From the NCBI GenBank assembly GCA_036867785.1, contig CP145410.1, positions 248,001 through 312,000 on the forward strand: a DNA stretch of 64,000 nt. Reading direction: 5' to 3'. Shown in pieces: positions 45,076 through 58,612 of this stretch (its first letter is position 1; the number at the start of each line of letters is the position of its first letter). The notes beneath the pieces were generated by a model. It saw only the letters and a program-made list of their open reading frames with translations. It was not told the DNA's origin and ran no database searches. The translations under genes were made by a program, and so were the position numbers. The DNA is from Plasmodiophora brassicae. Its lineage: Eukaryota.

Positions 45076-47541
45076 ATGTTCCGCCGATTCACTTCTCTGG
45101 CTGCGTCTCGTCGCATCCTGTAGGTTCCCGAGCTCTTGCACGGGATCGTATACTGGATACTGATCTCGGTGGTGCGTGTCTAGACCAGGCGCTTCATTGC
45201 ACCAACGCTTCATCGCCAGCATCGACGTAGACAGTATGCATCATTGCCTAGGCCGATTTATTGAACACTTCTGACTGTCATCTGCAGGCGAGCCTGGGTC
45301 AGAAGGAAAGAAATTGTACCGTTTGCAACGATCGGTTGGTCTACCCATACCTTTTAACATTGGCCTACCAGCTTGGATGGCGTCCTGGCGTACTTCGACA
45401 CGGCTGCCGAATACACTGACGTCGACGAAGGCCAGCTAGCCGTGATCCGCGCATGCGACACCGTCTTCCAGTTTACGATCCCAATCAAGGTGGGGCGCCG
45501 CGCACGGCCACGTCATCGCAGGCTCAATGACGTTGGTGTCCCAGCGTAACGGTAAAGTCGAGGTGTGCACTGCTTTCCGTGCACAACACTCTCGGCACCG
45601 GTTGCCATGCAAGGGTGGTATTCGGTTCAGCCCGGAAGTCGACATGTCTGTTTACACACGTTGCCGATATCACCGTCGCACGCCACTGACATACCGGAGA
45701 ATAGCAACGAAACCATGGCCCTTGCGATGCTCATGACCTTCAAATGTACGTGTTCGTGACATGCGCTCGAGCGCAATACTAACCCAGTCTACAGGTGCCG
45801 TCGTCGACGTTCCATTTGGCGGCGCCAAAGGAGGCGTCATGATTGACCCGAAGGAGCACTCAACGTCAGGAACCGCCCCAGGTATCGCGGCGATCCAATA
45901 CTGATCGTTAGTTTTACAGGTACGAGCTGGAGAAGATCACGCGTGCCTTCACGTTGGCGCTCTGCAAGGCTAACTCGATCGGTCCAGGCGTTGACGTGCC
46001 AGCACCGGATGTGGTACGATAATTGTCGTAACTGATGCGCTCTTGGCTTCGCTCCTAAGTACACCGCCAGGGAACCGGGCCACGCGAGATGTCGTGGATC
46101 AGAGGTACGCGACAATGGTACGGGTGATACGATGTAGGCTGAGGGTCCTGGAGACACTTACCAGGCGTTCCACTATCTTGATGTCAACTCGTCAGCGTGT
46201 GTCACCGGGAAGCCGCTCCAGCAGGGTGGTGTTCGAGGTCGTGTCGAAGCCACAGGTCGGAGGGCCCCAATGCTGGAAACGGTGCTTTCACCCTGTACTG
46301 ATAACGTTGCTACATACTAGGATTGGGAGTGTTCTTCGGGCTTCGCAACCTGTAGGGTTGCTCTTGAGATCGTCGTCTGCGGGCCAAATTCAACGCGCTG
46401 ACAGGTTGCAACGAGAAGAGGAAATGCATGCGCTCGGTTTAAAGCCGGGCGTGCACGGCAAGCAGGTCATCGTTCAGGGATTTGGCAACGTCGGTCGTCA
46501 CACTGCCAAATTCTTCCACGAGGCGGGTGCCAAGGGTGAGCACAACTGCACTCACATGGCCGTTTTGTGCAATGCTCATCGTATTGCCTAGTTATCGTCC
46601 TCATCGAGCGTGATGGGTACCTGCACAATCCCGACGGTATCGACATCACTGCATTGTGGGAGTATGAGAAATCGAACGGAACCATCATGGGGTTCCCTGG
46701 GGCGACGACTGTGAATGGCAACCAAGAAGAGGTTCCGCCTATTGTCGATGTAGGTGAGTTGCGAGGCTGATCATGGCGTTACCATAGGCGTTATGCATGA
46801 AATGCGACGTGTTGATCCCTGCCGCCCTAGAACGTCAGATCACGTCGAAGAACGCTAATGACATCCAGGCGAAGATCATCGGCGAGGCTGCCAATGGACC
46901 CACTTCGCCAACGGCAGATCGCATCTGCGAGGAACGTGGCATTGTCATCGTCCCGGACCTGTTCCTGAACGCGGGCGGTGTCGTTGTCTCTTATTTCGAG
47001 GTAATCTACCGATCGTACACTGATGGTAGTCAGAGCTGAATCGCCGCAACAGTGGCTGAAGAACCTTAGCCATGTTCGGTTCGGTCGTCTTTCGCGTCGA
47101 TTCGATGAACATCGCGGCAACGCCGTTGCTGAGGCATTCGACGAAGTCTGTGACGGAAATCCCCTGTCGAAAACGCTTCGTAAACGGCAAGCATGCACAC
47201 AGTGCACCATCAGGTGCTGGGCAACTCATGTGGGATTGGCGTTGGCAGGATCGTGACAGGTGCGACTGAGGCTGACTTTTCGCGCTCTGGTCTGGAAGAC
47301 ACCATGCATGACGCCTTCGACGAGATCGTTGCGACGGCAAAGAAACACGTAACGCCCTAGTATGCGGTGTCGTACGACGGGCTGATCTGGTTGACGACTA
47401 GGGAATTACATACCGCACGGCCGCCTTCGTAAACGCGATCAACAAGATCGCAGGTAACGCGACCGTCACTGTAGCATGGCGGCATTACTGATGTCCTCCC
47501 CTGCAGTCGTGCAAGACCAGTCCAACCACTTGTTCTTCTGA
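45076..47541 (+). CDS. GDH: Mitochondrial NAD(P)-dependent glutamate dehydrogenase (GLUD1-type), about 18 exons
   Basis: [123 protein letters not shown]. Mitochondrial-type presequence. Confidence 0.96.
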
Positions 47542-47772
47542 GACCCGAACTTGCGGCCTGGTCGCCGCGCTGGATACGGGATACACCTGAACGCCCGGGG
47601 CTCACGAATCAATCATTATACCCGGTGCGCTTGTCGATAACTGCGGCGTGCGTTCGTGTCTGTGTGTGTGAATAGTCGCTGGATTAGTCCGGGCAGAATC
47701 GCTGGTTGAACGGTCGGCGGCGCCGGATCATTTAGGGAAAGTTGTGGGCAGTCGCGCCGCGGCGCATGGGCA

Positions 47773-50085
47773 ATGAGGGATCGCCCACGTTCCAGCATCG
47801 AGCTGCTAGCGGGCAGCGCCGCGCCGTCTAATCGGGGCGATGAACTGGCGCGAAGCCTCACCCGTGTCCATTATGCGTTTCAGACGTCGGCGGCATCCCG
47901 GTCCTCGTCTCAGGTTGGGATACAGGACCGGACGATAATGAGGTCGTTGGCTTACAGGATGCCCGACAGACGATGAGACCAGGGAGCGGTGCGCTTTTGC
48001 CTGATGTGGGAGTCCAGCGAAGCCATTCGGATACTGATTTGACACCTTTCCGAACGGGAAGGCCGGTCACCGAACGAGATGAGATTGCAGTACCGTTCCC
48101 GAGGATGTTCGACGTCCAAGGGATCTGCCTGCCCGGTAAAGTTCTGCATCCCTTCTCGCGACCGAGAACGTATTGGAACCTGCTTGTGTGCGTCGCGTTC
48201 TCCATTATCGCCATTGTATATCCTTACCGGTGTGTGTCGGTTGTTGATTATTACCATGATGCCCGACGTTCAATCGAGGGATGCAGGTGGGCATTTTTCG
48301 TCAAGACGACGCCGGCGTGGTTCGCGTTCGACCGGTTCATGAACCTGTTCTGGCTGATCGATTTCCTCCTGACCCTGAATTCTGGATATCGGTTCAAAGA
48401 ATCCATCATTGCTGACCGACTGTTTATCGCCAAGCACTACCTGCTGTCGTGGATGGTTCCTGATATCTTCGTCATTCTTCCATACGACATATTTTTCGGT
48501 ACGACACGACATTACCGCCGTATGTAGGTAGTAACTGACCGTCTTCCTGCATCTTGCAGCTGGCGTGTATGTCAGAGGAGTATACCCTCTGTCTCATATT
48601 GTAAGCATCATCACCCTGATCCGACTGGGCAAGATTCCCGGGATTCTATCGGACTTCACAGTGTCGCTGCGGTTTCGCCATACTGTACGATTTTCTTGGT
48701 GACATGCTCAAAGCCGTTCGTGCTGATGGCTGTTTTGTGTAGGTGGAACGGCTCATCAAGTTGACTGTGTCTGCCGTCCTAGTGGCTCATATTCTTGCGT
48801 GCATCTTCGCATTCATAGGGAACGCCGAAATCCGGTTACGTCAGCCGAACTGGATCGAGGCGCGGGGGCTTGCGAAGCACTCTGACGCCGCTGTCTATGT
48901 TGCATCGCTGTACTGGTCAATGGCAACCATTTCAACCGTCGGTTACGGGGACGTTGTCTCGTACACTTCGGCCGAGCGGATATTCAACCTGTTTGCGATT
49001 GTTCTCGGTGCTGGAGCGTTTGCTTTTGTCATCACATCCATAGTTGGGTTTATTGGCAAGACGTCTCGTCGAACGGACGCGTTCAACCAGAAGATGGATT
49101 CTGTCAACGCGTATATCCGATTTCGTCGGATTCCGTCTCAGCTTGCCGATCGCATTCGCAAATTCCATACTCTCGCATTCCATGGTTCCTCTCACGAGCT
49201 ATACCATGAAAAGGAGGTGCTAGACGAGATTCCGCCAAGTCTTCGTCGGCGCCTTGCCGAGCACATCCACAAACAGCTGTGCCAATGGTCGTCGTTCTTT
49301 ATGGGGGCCGATCCTCTGTTCAGTCTTGACCTATCACTTGCGATGCGGGAGCAGTACGTGCCTGCTGGCGAGGTCGTCGTTTACCAGGGCGAGTCTTGCG
49401 AAGAGATATACCTGATCCAGGAGGGCGAAGTCGAGGTACAGTGTTCTCCAAGCGGTTTATGTTGTTTGGTAATCGATCTGCTTGTAGGTGTTTAAGGACA
49501 AGGTTGCTATGTATAAGCTGCACAAGGGCAATTACTTTGGATTCGATGGTCTTGTATCGCAGTTCCGTGTTCACCTGCACACGATCCGTTCATGTACATG
49601 GTAGGTTACTGCAACATTGACATTGCAGACGTCTCATAGCGACGCATGCAGGCTGAAGCTGCGGGTGATCAAGGTGTCCGAACTCCTCGACCTCATATGG
49701 AAGCATCCTGCTGTTCGTCAGTTGATGTTCCGCCGTGGTCCAGCCAAAGAATATCCACTTGCGTACACGGACGAAGACGATGTAAGAGATTGTCCATGCT
49801 GTCAACCCCAGCGACGCTGAACGGTTCTAGGTCCAACCGCCTCTGATGTCACAGCTGTTTACTCATCATCGTAGCATCGAGAATCGGATCCTGTCGAGGT
49901 TCATTTTCCGTCATGGCATACGTCCTGGAGCGCACGGCCATCAGGCAGCGCCTCAGCCTGAGGTCCTGGACATGGCTGCAATTCAGGCAGCTGCCCTGAA
50001 ACTGGACCTGGCCCTGTGCGACGAACTCCTAGCATCGCTCAGGATGCGGATCGCCGTTCTTGAACAAGAACCCGTGCATTCATGA
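47773..50085 (+). CDS. 6-TM potassium channel of the cyclic-nucleotide-binding-domain (KCNH/HCN/CNG-like) family, multi-exon
   Basis: VLHPFS…YWN (S1), IAKHYLLSWMVPD (S3), HILACIF (S5), selectivity filter ASLYWSMATISTVGYGD, C-linker (FNQKMDSVNAYIRFRRIPSQLADRI), and a CNBD-like region (AGEVVVYQGE…IYLIQEGEVE). Confidence 0.92.
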
Positions 50086-50325
50086 GTGTTTAATCTGTAA
50101 TATAAGTACGTCCCACTATTTATCTCATAGTAGCGTTGTGAATGCGATGAATAGGTACACCAGCTATGGTGCGATTCGGGCAGAAGATACTTTTTGAAAG
50201 GGGGCTCGATTTTTTGGATCAGTCTTACCGCGCGAAATGGGACGGAACTGATCGATGAAGACGCGCTAGGAAGGTGTTCCTGAATCGTTTGGAGAGCCTC
50301 AGCGGCTGCATTGTCGAACCCATTC

Positions 50326-53300
50326 ATGCCATCGGCGGCGCTGCCGCAGGTCGGTATCATCGAGTCCGACCTACGATCATTGAGCCTGGAGTCGAGGAAG
50401 AAATACGGCGAGGTCAAAACTGTATGGTGATTTGTCGCATGTCAGTTCGACCTGAATTTGACAATAATATCAGGCAGCTGAGCGTGCTATTCTTCAATTG
50501 CGCCCGCTTCAAGACGCAAACGACGAGGCTCAATGCCTTGAAGGTAATTTGAGCCTGTGGAGTTCCGCCTGTGGGTCTAACTAAGGATACAGGGTTGAGA
50601 TCTGACGGTATTGTCAGACCGTTCCTGCTGGCTTGCGCGACCAAGCATCCGCCCTTGGTACTAATGGCATTGAACACATTGCAGCGCCTATCCTCTTGCA
50701 ACGCGTTGGCCCCTGCCTCATTGTCAATGCTTGTCGGCACCCTTCGGATACTCTCTGAGAGTACACAGCAGGATGTCTTGCTTCGCATTCTGCAGACGCT
50801 GTCAATGGTTGCAGATCCAGCAACCTTCGAAGCAGGAGAAGACGCCATCACTCAGGCGATCGGTAGGCAAGCTCTCCCTAGTCATTCGCTGTGCGTTAAT
50901 ACTCGTTTATAGGCATTTGTTTTCGTCTTCATTCTTCAGACATGCCGATAATCTACAACACTGCCGCCGCCACTCTTCGTCAAGTCAGTCCAGACATGTC
51001 TGTTTACGTACACCCAGCTGTTTATTGCGCTCTGTTAGGTGATTTCTTTGGTGTTTGAGCGGGCGAGCAAGGCCCAAACGTCTCCTCCTTCGTTGAACGA
51101 TGATACAGCGGTGCGTGCGCTTGACAGCACTGAGGTGACTGCTCAACGTCTCCTGGTCGACCTTATTCTGCTCGCCTCGGGTGACCCAGCGCAATGGCTT
51201 ACCACGCTGCATGGGGAAATCCCTCGCACCGTTCTGTTCGAGATGATCAGTGCCATTGTGAAAGACTACGCGACGTTCATCAAGTCCCGACAGGCGATTC
51301 TCGATGTCGTCAGGAATCAGGTGCATAATCGCTGCTGATTTAACGCTGCAACGTGTTCCTGACATTGCACAGTTACGTCCGCTCCTTGTTCGACTGCTTA
51401 ATGCCCCTTGCGATTTCCGGCTCGCTGTCCGTCTAGTACACGTCGTGGTCAATATCGTCGTTTCCTACCATCAAATTCTTGGCTCAGAATGCGAGATTCT
51501 GATGTCTATCATGATCCGATATCTGGAGCCTGAATTCCCCCTGTGGCAGCGAATTCTTACACTGGAGGCCTTAAAACTGCTAACCGACCAGCCCTTGTAC
51601 GTCTTTGCTGTTTCCCCTCGTTAACAGGGCTCATTATGGAAGTAGGTTACTTGTTTCTCTATACAACGCGTTTGATGGCGGACCTCGCAATTCGAAAGTG
51701 TTTGGGTCGCTTGCCCACGCCCTCGGGCGAGTTACCAACCAGATCACTCTCGAAGATGATAAGCGTGCCGCATCTCAGACCCTGTGGCGTTTTCATACGG
51801 AGAAGAGCAAGGGGTTGGATCTTCTTGGCGAGAACGCAGCACCTGACTTTGACGAACTGTAACGTTTGTTCTCACCGCCCACTCGCAACGTGTCTTATGC
51901 TCAGCTAGATACGCGATAACCCTGGCTACAGAAACGCTAATGAATATCGTCAAGACCGTGAGTGCTCTCCTAAACAAAAGCACCTGCGAGGGCGCTCTAC
52001 CTCCGTCCTTGCCGGCAATGATTGGATCGTCATGGTACCCTATCCTGGCCGCTCTGACCATTCTTCTGGAACACGCGTATCACGATCAGCAGGTGCGTGC
52101 GTCTACTCTGAGCACATTTCAAATTGTAATCGCCTCTAGGTCGAATACTATTTGATGGGTTGCCAATCGTTCTCTATATCTTGTGCATGCCTGAAACAAG
52201 AGGCTCCTTTCTCCGAGTTTCTCAAATCTCTTTGCGTTGTTGCACTGCCCCCGGGCCTTCGTAACCTACAAGATCGCGCTTTCGGTAGGTAACGCTATTC
52301 AGCTCGACCAGCTGGTTAACTCGTTCTCGTAGACTGCCAGGTTCCAAGTGAAGCAGGACAGTGGAGATTCTCTGCTAAGAACTCGCAAGGCATGAAATGT
52401 CTGTTTAACGTCTGCTATGCATGTGCAACTAGCATATCGTCGTCTTGGATATTGATTCTGACGACGCTCGAAAAACTCGAAACAGCCCTTGTCTTTAACA
52501 GCAGCGTGTGGGTTTTTACAGCACTGGTAGTGTTCAATCTATATTGACATCGCTGGATTAGGAACAATGATGCGTCGAGTGAGCTAGCCTTGTTCAACGA
52601 AGCAACGAACAGGTTGCTAGAGTCGTCGACATTGTTCGACGACGCCACTCTGATGCAGTTACTGTCGGGACTTGGCTCGCTGGCCTTGTCGTCGCTTGCA
52701 AACAATGCTACCACTGAAAACTCTAACCCTGATCCATCCCATTTGTACGTGCATGCTCCATCCGCGTCTACCGTTTGGTCTTATTATGGAGCGACACAGG
52801 TTTCCCCTCGTAAACTTTGTTAAAGCTGTAACAAGCAACCTGTATCGAATGGGATCGTTATGGGACTTCGCGATCGAACACTTGTCTGCTGTTCTGCATT
52901 CGAAACATTCTGCCTTGCGGGCCTATGGGATCCAAGCCATTATCCGACTTGTCAAGTCTGCCTTGAAGCAGTTCATTGACGGGCCATCGTCGCATGTACC
53001 AGAAGGAGTTCAGGTATGCACCATGATCTACCTTCAATTCTGCGTTAGTGACGTGTGCCTAGCCAAACTTCGGCGACTCGCAAGCAATGTTCATTCTTTC
53101 GTTAAGGGTATCTTTGAAAGGACGTTTCACTGATAATGGTATCGCCGTTCTCTTTGCCCTGTATGAAATCCTGCAAGCAAACGGCGCGGCCTTAACCGAT
53201 GGATGGTTGAGCATCATCCAGATCCTCGATGATGTTATCGACCAGGATGTTGCTGAGTTTGTCCCTCTTGGGTTCAAAATTGTTCAACTGATCGTGGACG

Positions 53301-55709
53301 ATTTTCTTGGTACGCGATTGCTTTCGGCACCTTGGCGCGGCGGTCTAACGATTGGCATTATAGATGGATTTCCAAGGTCGTCATTTCCGAATCTGATCCA
53401 CACGATTGGATTGTATGGGCGTCAGCGCCTCGCTGCGAACATCAGCTTCACGTCAATTGGCCTGCTGTGGCAGGTAACGTTTGTGGAGCTGTCCACTGCT
53501 ACAAATCTGAAAGGGCCTACCATCAGGTATCAGATCATCTGATCAGAACACGTCCGAAGCATACCGATATATCCGCTGAAGATTCGCTTCAGCTGCGACT
53601 GTTCTCAGAGCTGCAGGCACTGTGCCTGGACTCCCGTGCTGAACTTCGCAACTCAGCTGTCCAGATCCTACACTCGACAGTCGTAGCTTGTGGTGGGCAC
53701 CTGGAACCTAGTAGTTGGAAATCCTGCCGTGAGGCCGTACTGTTCGACCTCTACCATTCGCTTTTTGACGAGAACGGGACAAAGCGATGCCTGGACAGCG
53801 AAACGGAATCGGGGTCACAGCTCGGGTAACGGTCAAGGGCCTCCTTAATTTGGCGCATGGCTGACACGTTTCGTCCTTCAGCACTGAACAATTGACTGGC
53901 AAACCATTGATGATGGTGACGCATCACAGTCGAGATACAGCTGAGAAGCAATGGGACGAAACGCGGGTTCATGCTCTCCAGGGTTCAGCTCGTGTGTTCC
54001 GGCAGTTCTTCCTGTTTCACAAGGATGTGACTGGTCCGGCACACTGGGACGCTTATCTGAGGCAAGACATCGCGCCTTGAAATTTAGGAAGTGCCTTGAA
54101 TTGCTTGCATGGTGCCAGGTTCATACGCCAGGCTATTTGCCGGGATAGCTCGGAAGTCGCCCATCAAGCGATTGAGGCTCTCAAGGAAGTTCTGATGTCG
54201 CCAGGAGCCGTCACTGCGCTGAAAGGCCGTCGAGACCTGACGAAATCCGTCATTGACCTGTTTCAGGGCGTAGTCCAGCATGCCACGGAACGTCGTACTG
54301 AGGTGCCTTTCGAAATTTACACTGAAGTGCTGGAGTGTGTCGCGTCGCTGATCGGAGAGTCTTCGACGCCGACAACAAGTCTGTTCACCGTCGAGGATCT
54401 TCTTCAGTTTCTGCAGCTAGCGGATCATCTGTCATCCCTTTGTAAGGCTCGCCGAACGCCTTCGTTCGATGGCTGCGTCTCTGAATGCTGTGTGTTACAG
54501 TGCCCACACAGGCCCGGGATCGATCAAGCGGTGCTCGGGAAACGCCGTTGCAAAGAGCAACGTTACAGCTGATCGATCGGCTAGTCAATGTCGAGGCTTC
54601 CGGAGACCTGTACGCACCCGTCATTGCCCAGCTTGTGAAGTATATTTATCTGCCCACCCCTGACGACCAGATGAGGTAGGCTACATGTTGCTGTCCATGG
54701 GTGACTGTCTACTTAATGTGGCACTGGCAGCGACGCGGCGAACTCAACTGCGTCGTCGTCGGCGTTTGCGAAGCGATCGATGCCAATTCTCGTAACACTG
54801 TTCTGCCAGCGGTGTCCTGTTGATGTCCAGGGGCGGCAGGATCTTGTTGTACCCATGCTGGGGGCACTTCATCAGATTCTGCTGGCAACGAAGTGCCGCT
54901 CTGGCGACGTCGATCTTTGTGCGGCCGCCGTTACGACGTTCGCCAGTGTGGCCCCTGTCGCTTTGGCGGCTGCCAATGATGTGCATCAATCGTCACCGGA
55001 CACGGTTGCACCGATCTGGATGCAGTTTTTCGACACCTTCAAGGGGTTCCTGTCACCGCAGGCGCCATCGTCTTCCGACCTGGACACGTCGGCCCAGTTC
55101 GAATCGCTTCAAATTCAAATGGTTCAAGTGCTCTGTACGCAACTCCTCCCGAAAAGCCCACTGGCCCCATCGTCTGTGCTCGAAGACCTGATCCGGTTGC
55201 TGGTCGAGACTCACGAGCCGCGCACGGTTCTGGGATTGAAACCTGCTCCCAGCATGCAGGAACCCGCTGGTAAAGTTCGCCTCATGCAGTCCATGCTACA
55301 GGGCGTGTTCGCTCTGTGCCACGTCCCGAACCACATGCCACAGCTGGCCGCCATCGCCCAACCAATCCTGCTGGAGCATTGCAAGCGACGGCTTCATGCG
55401 TTTGTGAATGACGACTGCCGAACCGGGTAACCTTTGTTGTTGTTGTTGTTCACCAGGCATCGTTGTAGGTGATCTGACGTAATTTCGTTCAGAGTTCGGC
55501 CATTGCCCCGGATTCGCATTGAGGAGATTCGTTGCATGCTGGGGCAGTTGCTGGACCTGCAAACCGACCCGGAAGGCACGACGCAGCGGACGCACCTGAA
55601 GACCCTGTACGGCGACTTATGCGACTGTGTGCGAATACGCGACCCCGCGCTGCAAGAGCTCGTCAGAAGAAACCTGCTGGCCGTTCACCTTCCCGTGGAC
55701 ATTAAATAA
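50326..55709 (+). CDS. MON2: MON2 homolog (Arf-GEF-related endosome/Golgi scaffold), many exons
   Basis: N-terminal 'ESDLRSLSLESRKKYGEVKT|AAERAI', DCB-type 'IVRPFLLAC.TK', 'LLRILQTL', 'TAAATLRQ', 'PLWQRILTLEAL', 'NISFTSIGLLW', 'DSRAELRNSAVQIL', 'LMMVTHHSRDTAEKQWDETRV'. Confidence 0.93.
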
Positions 55710-55812
55710 CCCCTGCCGCTCCAGATGGCTTTACAGGCGATTTGCACCCCGGCAATGAGGCGTCGGTTAGGATGAAACCGTTTAATGAGCGATTGTGTTG
55801 CAGAACAGTCAG

Positions 55813-58470
55813 TTACGGCTCGCCGGCGGCAACCGGAAGGCGAGCACCCAACCCAGCCGCCTTCAACCCTGACGCGATCCGCTCCCGCAAGTCGACGCGC
55901 CCCGTCTTGCCCAAATCGCGAAGAACGCGAACGGCCTGCTCGGCTTCACCCGATCGTCCCGCCTTCAAGCACGCGATCGCCAGCAGTTCCCAGACCTCCG
56001 GGTCGTACCGGTCGATCAGGTTCGCCTCCGTCAGCGCCTCAATCGCTGCACTGTCATCTCCCGAGGCTTCCAGCGCTTCCCCCAGCCATTTCCATAAGGT
56101 CGCCAGCGCCGGCGACTCCCCTTGTCGCAGCGCCAGGATGAACACCTGCGCCGCTCGTCCAGGATCACCCTTGTCCATGTAATGTCGACCCAGCCAGGCG
56201 CACGCGCGCCTGTCGATCTGCCCTCGGTACACCAGCAGCGTCTCCCAGGTACGGGACGCCTCGTCGCGCATGCCCAATCTCATGAGCGCCTCCCCTTGCA
56301 GGCGCAACGCGTCCTATGTCAATCGCCACCCGTCAACAAGGCGGTCAGCCTGGGGGCGGGGGGCGTCGCAACAACGCACCTGCCGGCCGGGCACCTGCCG
56401 GCACAGGTCCACGCACCGGTCCCATTCGCGCAGGAGCGCCCAGGCGCGCGCCTCCCTCATCTTCCAGTCGTCCGATGCCGCCTCCGCCATCCTGACGCCC
56501 GTCAGCGCGCCCTGCGGCAGGCCAGCCTCCAGGGCGAACTCCACCGCTTGCGACAGCAACGCCGACGCCGGCGCCTGCAACGCGGCCGCCGCCCGCTGCA
56601 GGTTCCGCTTCGCCAGGCGCGCGTTCCCCGCCCGATGCAGGCCGATGCAGCGCAGGCCAACGGCGAGCGCATCGGTGTCGTTCCTGTCGACGTCGATCCG
56701 CTGAAGCCGGGCGCCGTCCTGATCGCCGGGGTCGCGCTCGATCAGCGCCAGGGCGAGGACGCGCCGGGCGACGCCGTCGTCGTGGTCGTGTGCGACCAGC
56801 TCCGCCACGACGTCGACGCCCTCGTCGACGGCGCCGAACGCGAACAACGCGCGGCCGTACTGCATCCGCGCCTGGCGACCCTCGTCGTCGTCGATCGGAC
56901 GCAGGCCGGCCCGAGCGCGATGCTCCCGAACGCGGCCGGCGTCGTCGCCCTGCACGTCCGCCTCCAGCGCCCGCCGGTACCGGTCCCGGCCCTCGTTGCC
57001 GTCGCGCTCCTCGGCAGGTCTGTGGCGGTCGCGGGCGAACCGCCTCCGAAGGACGTCGTTGACGGCGTCGGCCAGGGCGTCGTGCAACGTCGACAGGTTC
57101 GTGTGCGAACCGGGCAGGACGGTCCCGGGCGGGAACAGGTCGCGGACGACGGCGACGACGGGCGCCTTCAGCGACTCCTTGATGCGGAAGTACGCGCCGT
57201 TGTCGTTGATCCGCGCGACGAGGTCGCCGTCGCCGGGCGAGGCGAACTCGCGCGCCAGCTCGTCGATGGCGCTGTCGAGGTGCGCGCACAGCCGCTGGCG
57301 CGGGGTGCGTCGCACGGCGGCGCGGGCCGCACCCGTTCGCCGCGGCACGACGTCGCCGACGCACGTCGGCATCACGACGAACTGTGGCGCTCCACGAACG
57401 AGGTCGATCTCGATGGGGACGACGAGATCGCCCTCGCGGATCGCCCCGTGGGTATCGGCGACCGGCACCGGCACGGTCACGTTGAGCGGGTGCCGCTGCC
57501 AGTCGCCCCCTTCCTCCACCTGGTGGTCCATCGCGAACGTCACCGTCATGGCCGGCGCCGTCGCCAGGTCGCTGGCGATCAGCAGGAACCGGTGCGTGAT
57601 CGGGAACGTGGACGACGAGAAGGCGATGGAGTGCAGGGCGACCGTGGCCGTCAGGCGCCGGGCCACGTTCGCCGGGACGACGGCCGCTGCCGGCTGCGAT
57701 CTGTCCTGGGCCTGTTTCGCGTCGTCGGCCGGCGAGGCGCTGCTAACGGGGCGCTCCCAGACGGCGGGGATCGCGGTCGGCTCGCCGATGGTCAGCGCCA
57801 GGCGAACGTTCGTCTCGTCTTCGGATTCGGTGAAGCAGGGCGCGTCGAACGCCGCCTGCACGAACGGTTCCGGGCGGTCGGGCGCGCCCAGCCACGCCTC
57901 AACGTCGTCCTTGCCGAGTGTGTCAGTCTGGGCGCGTCGGCGTCGATCGCGGGGGATCCCGACCTGATCCTGTAGGAGGAGTGGCGACACGTCGAGCGCG
58001 ACCGTCGACAGCGTCAGGCGCGGCGTCGCGCTGTCGTCGACGTTGCCGCCCGCGGGGATGCCGACGATCCTGATCGCGATCGGCGACGTTAGCAGGCGAT
58101 CCAGGAGGGCCTGTGGGGTCGATCAGAACAGCACCGGGCGGCGCGCGCTGGCGCCCGAGGGACGACGCACAGGAGTTCGGGGTGCGGTCATCGCGAACGT
58201 GGCGTTCACGTCGAGCGTGGCGGTGCCGTTGATCGGGGTCGGCGCGGAACGAAACGGCGCCGCCCGCCCGTCGATGTGGTCGACCTCGACGACGACCCTC
58301 GGGCGATCCTCGCGGGTCGGTTCGGGCGCCGGTGCCGCTTTGCCCGGCGCGTCCTTCTTCGCCTTTCCGGTCGGGGATGCGGCCGCCGCGCCGAACCCCA
58401 TCGATGCGGCATCGGCGGGCACATTGCGAACCGTCCGCACCTGGATCGCTAGACGCACCGTCGTCGTCAT
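55813..58470 (-). CDS. CFAP70: Cilia- and flagella-associated protein 70 (TTC18)-like TPR protein
   Basis: N-terminal C2-like beta region with a Lys/Ala-rich insert, 'INDNGAYFRIKESLKAPVVAVVR', and C-terminal TPRs ending 'AIEALTEANLIDRYDPEVWELLAIACLKAGR..EAEQA', which resembles the CFAP70 C-terminus. Two GT-AG introns. Confidence 0.78.
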
Positions 58471-58612
58471 GGCGCGCGCTCTGTACGGTAGACTGATGTG
58501 GGGCGACGCGTGCCAGTCATAGGGTGCCATCCGACGATGGTGTGTACTGTATGGGGGATGCGGTTGCAGGGCAGCGCGCAGGCAACCAAGCGGGGGGAAG
58601 ATCGTACCTACA

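Noticed and set aside
50250..50266. gatcgatgaagacgcgc, resembling the 5.8S rRNA motif
   Set aside because: Short imperfect match with no flanking rRNA sequence or structure.
56122..57975. 617-aa plus-strand ORF and other long ORFs over CFAP70
   Set aside because: Antisense or alternative-frame shadows of a GC-rich gene. The minus-strand frame carries the recognisable motifs.
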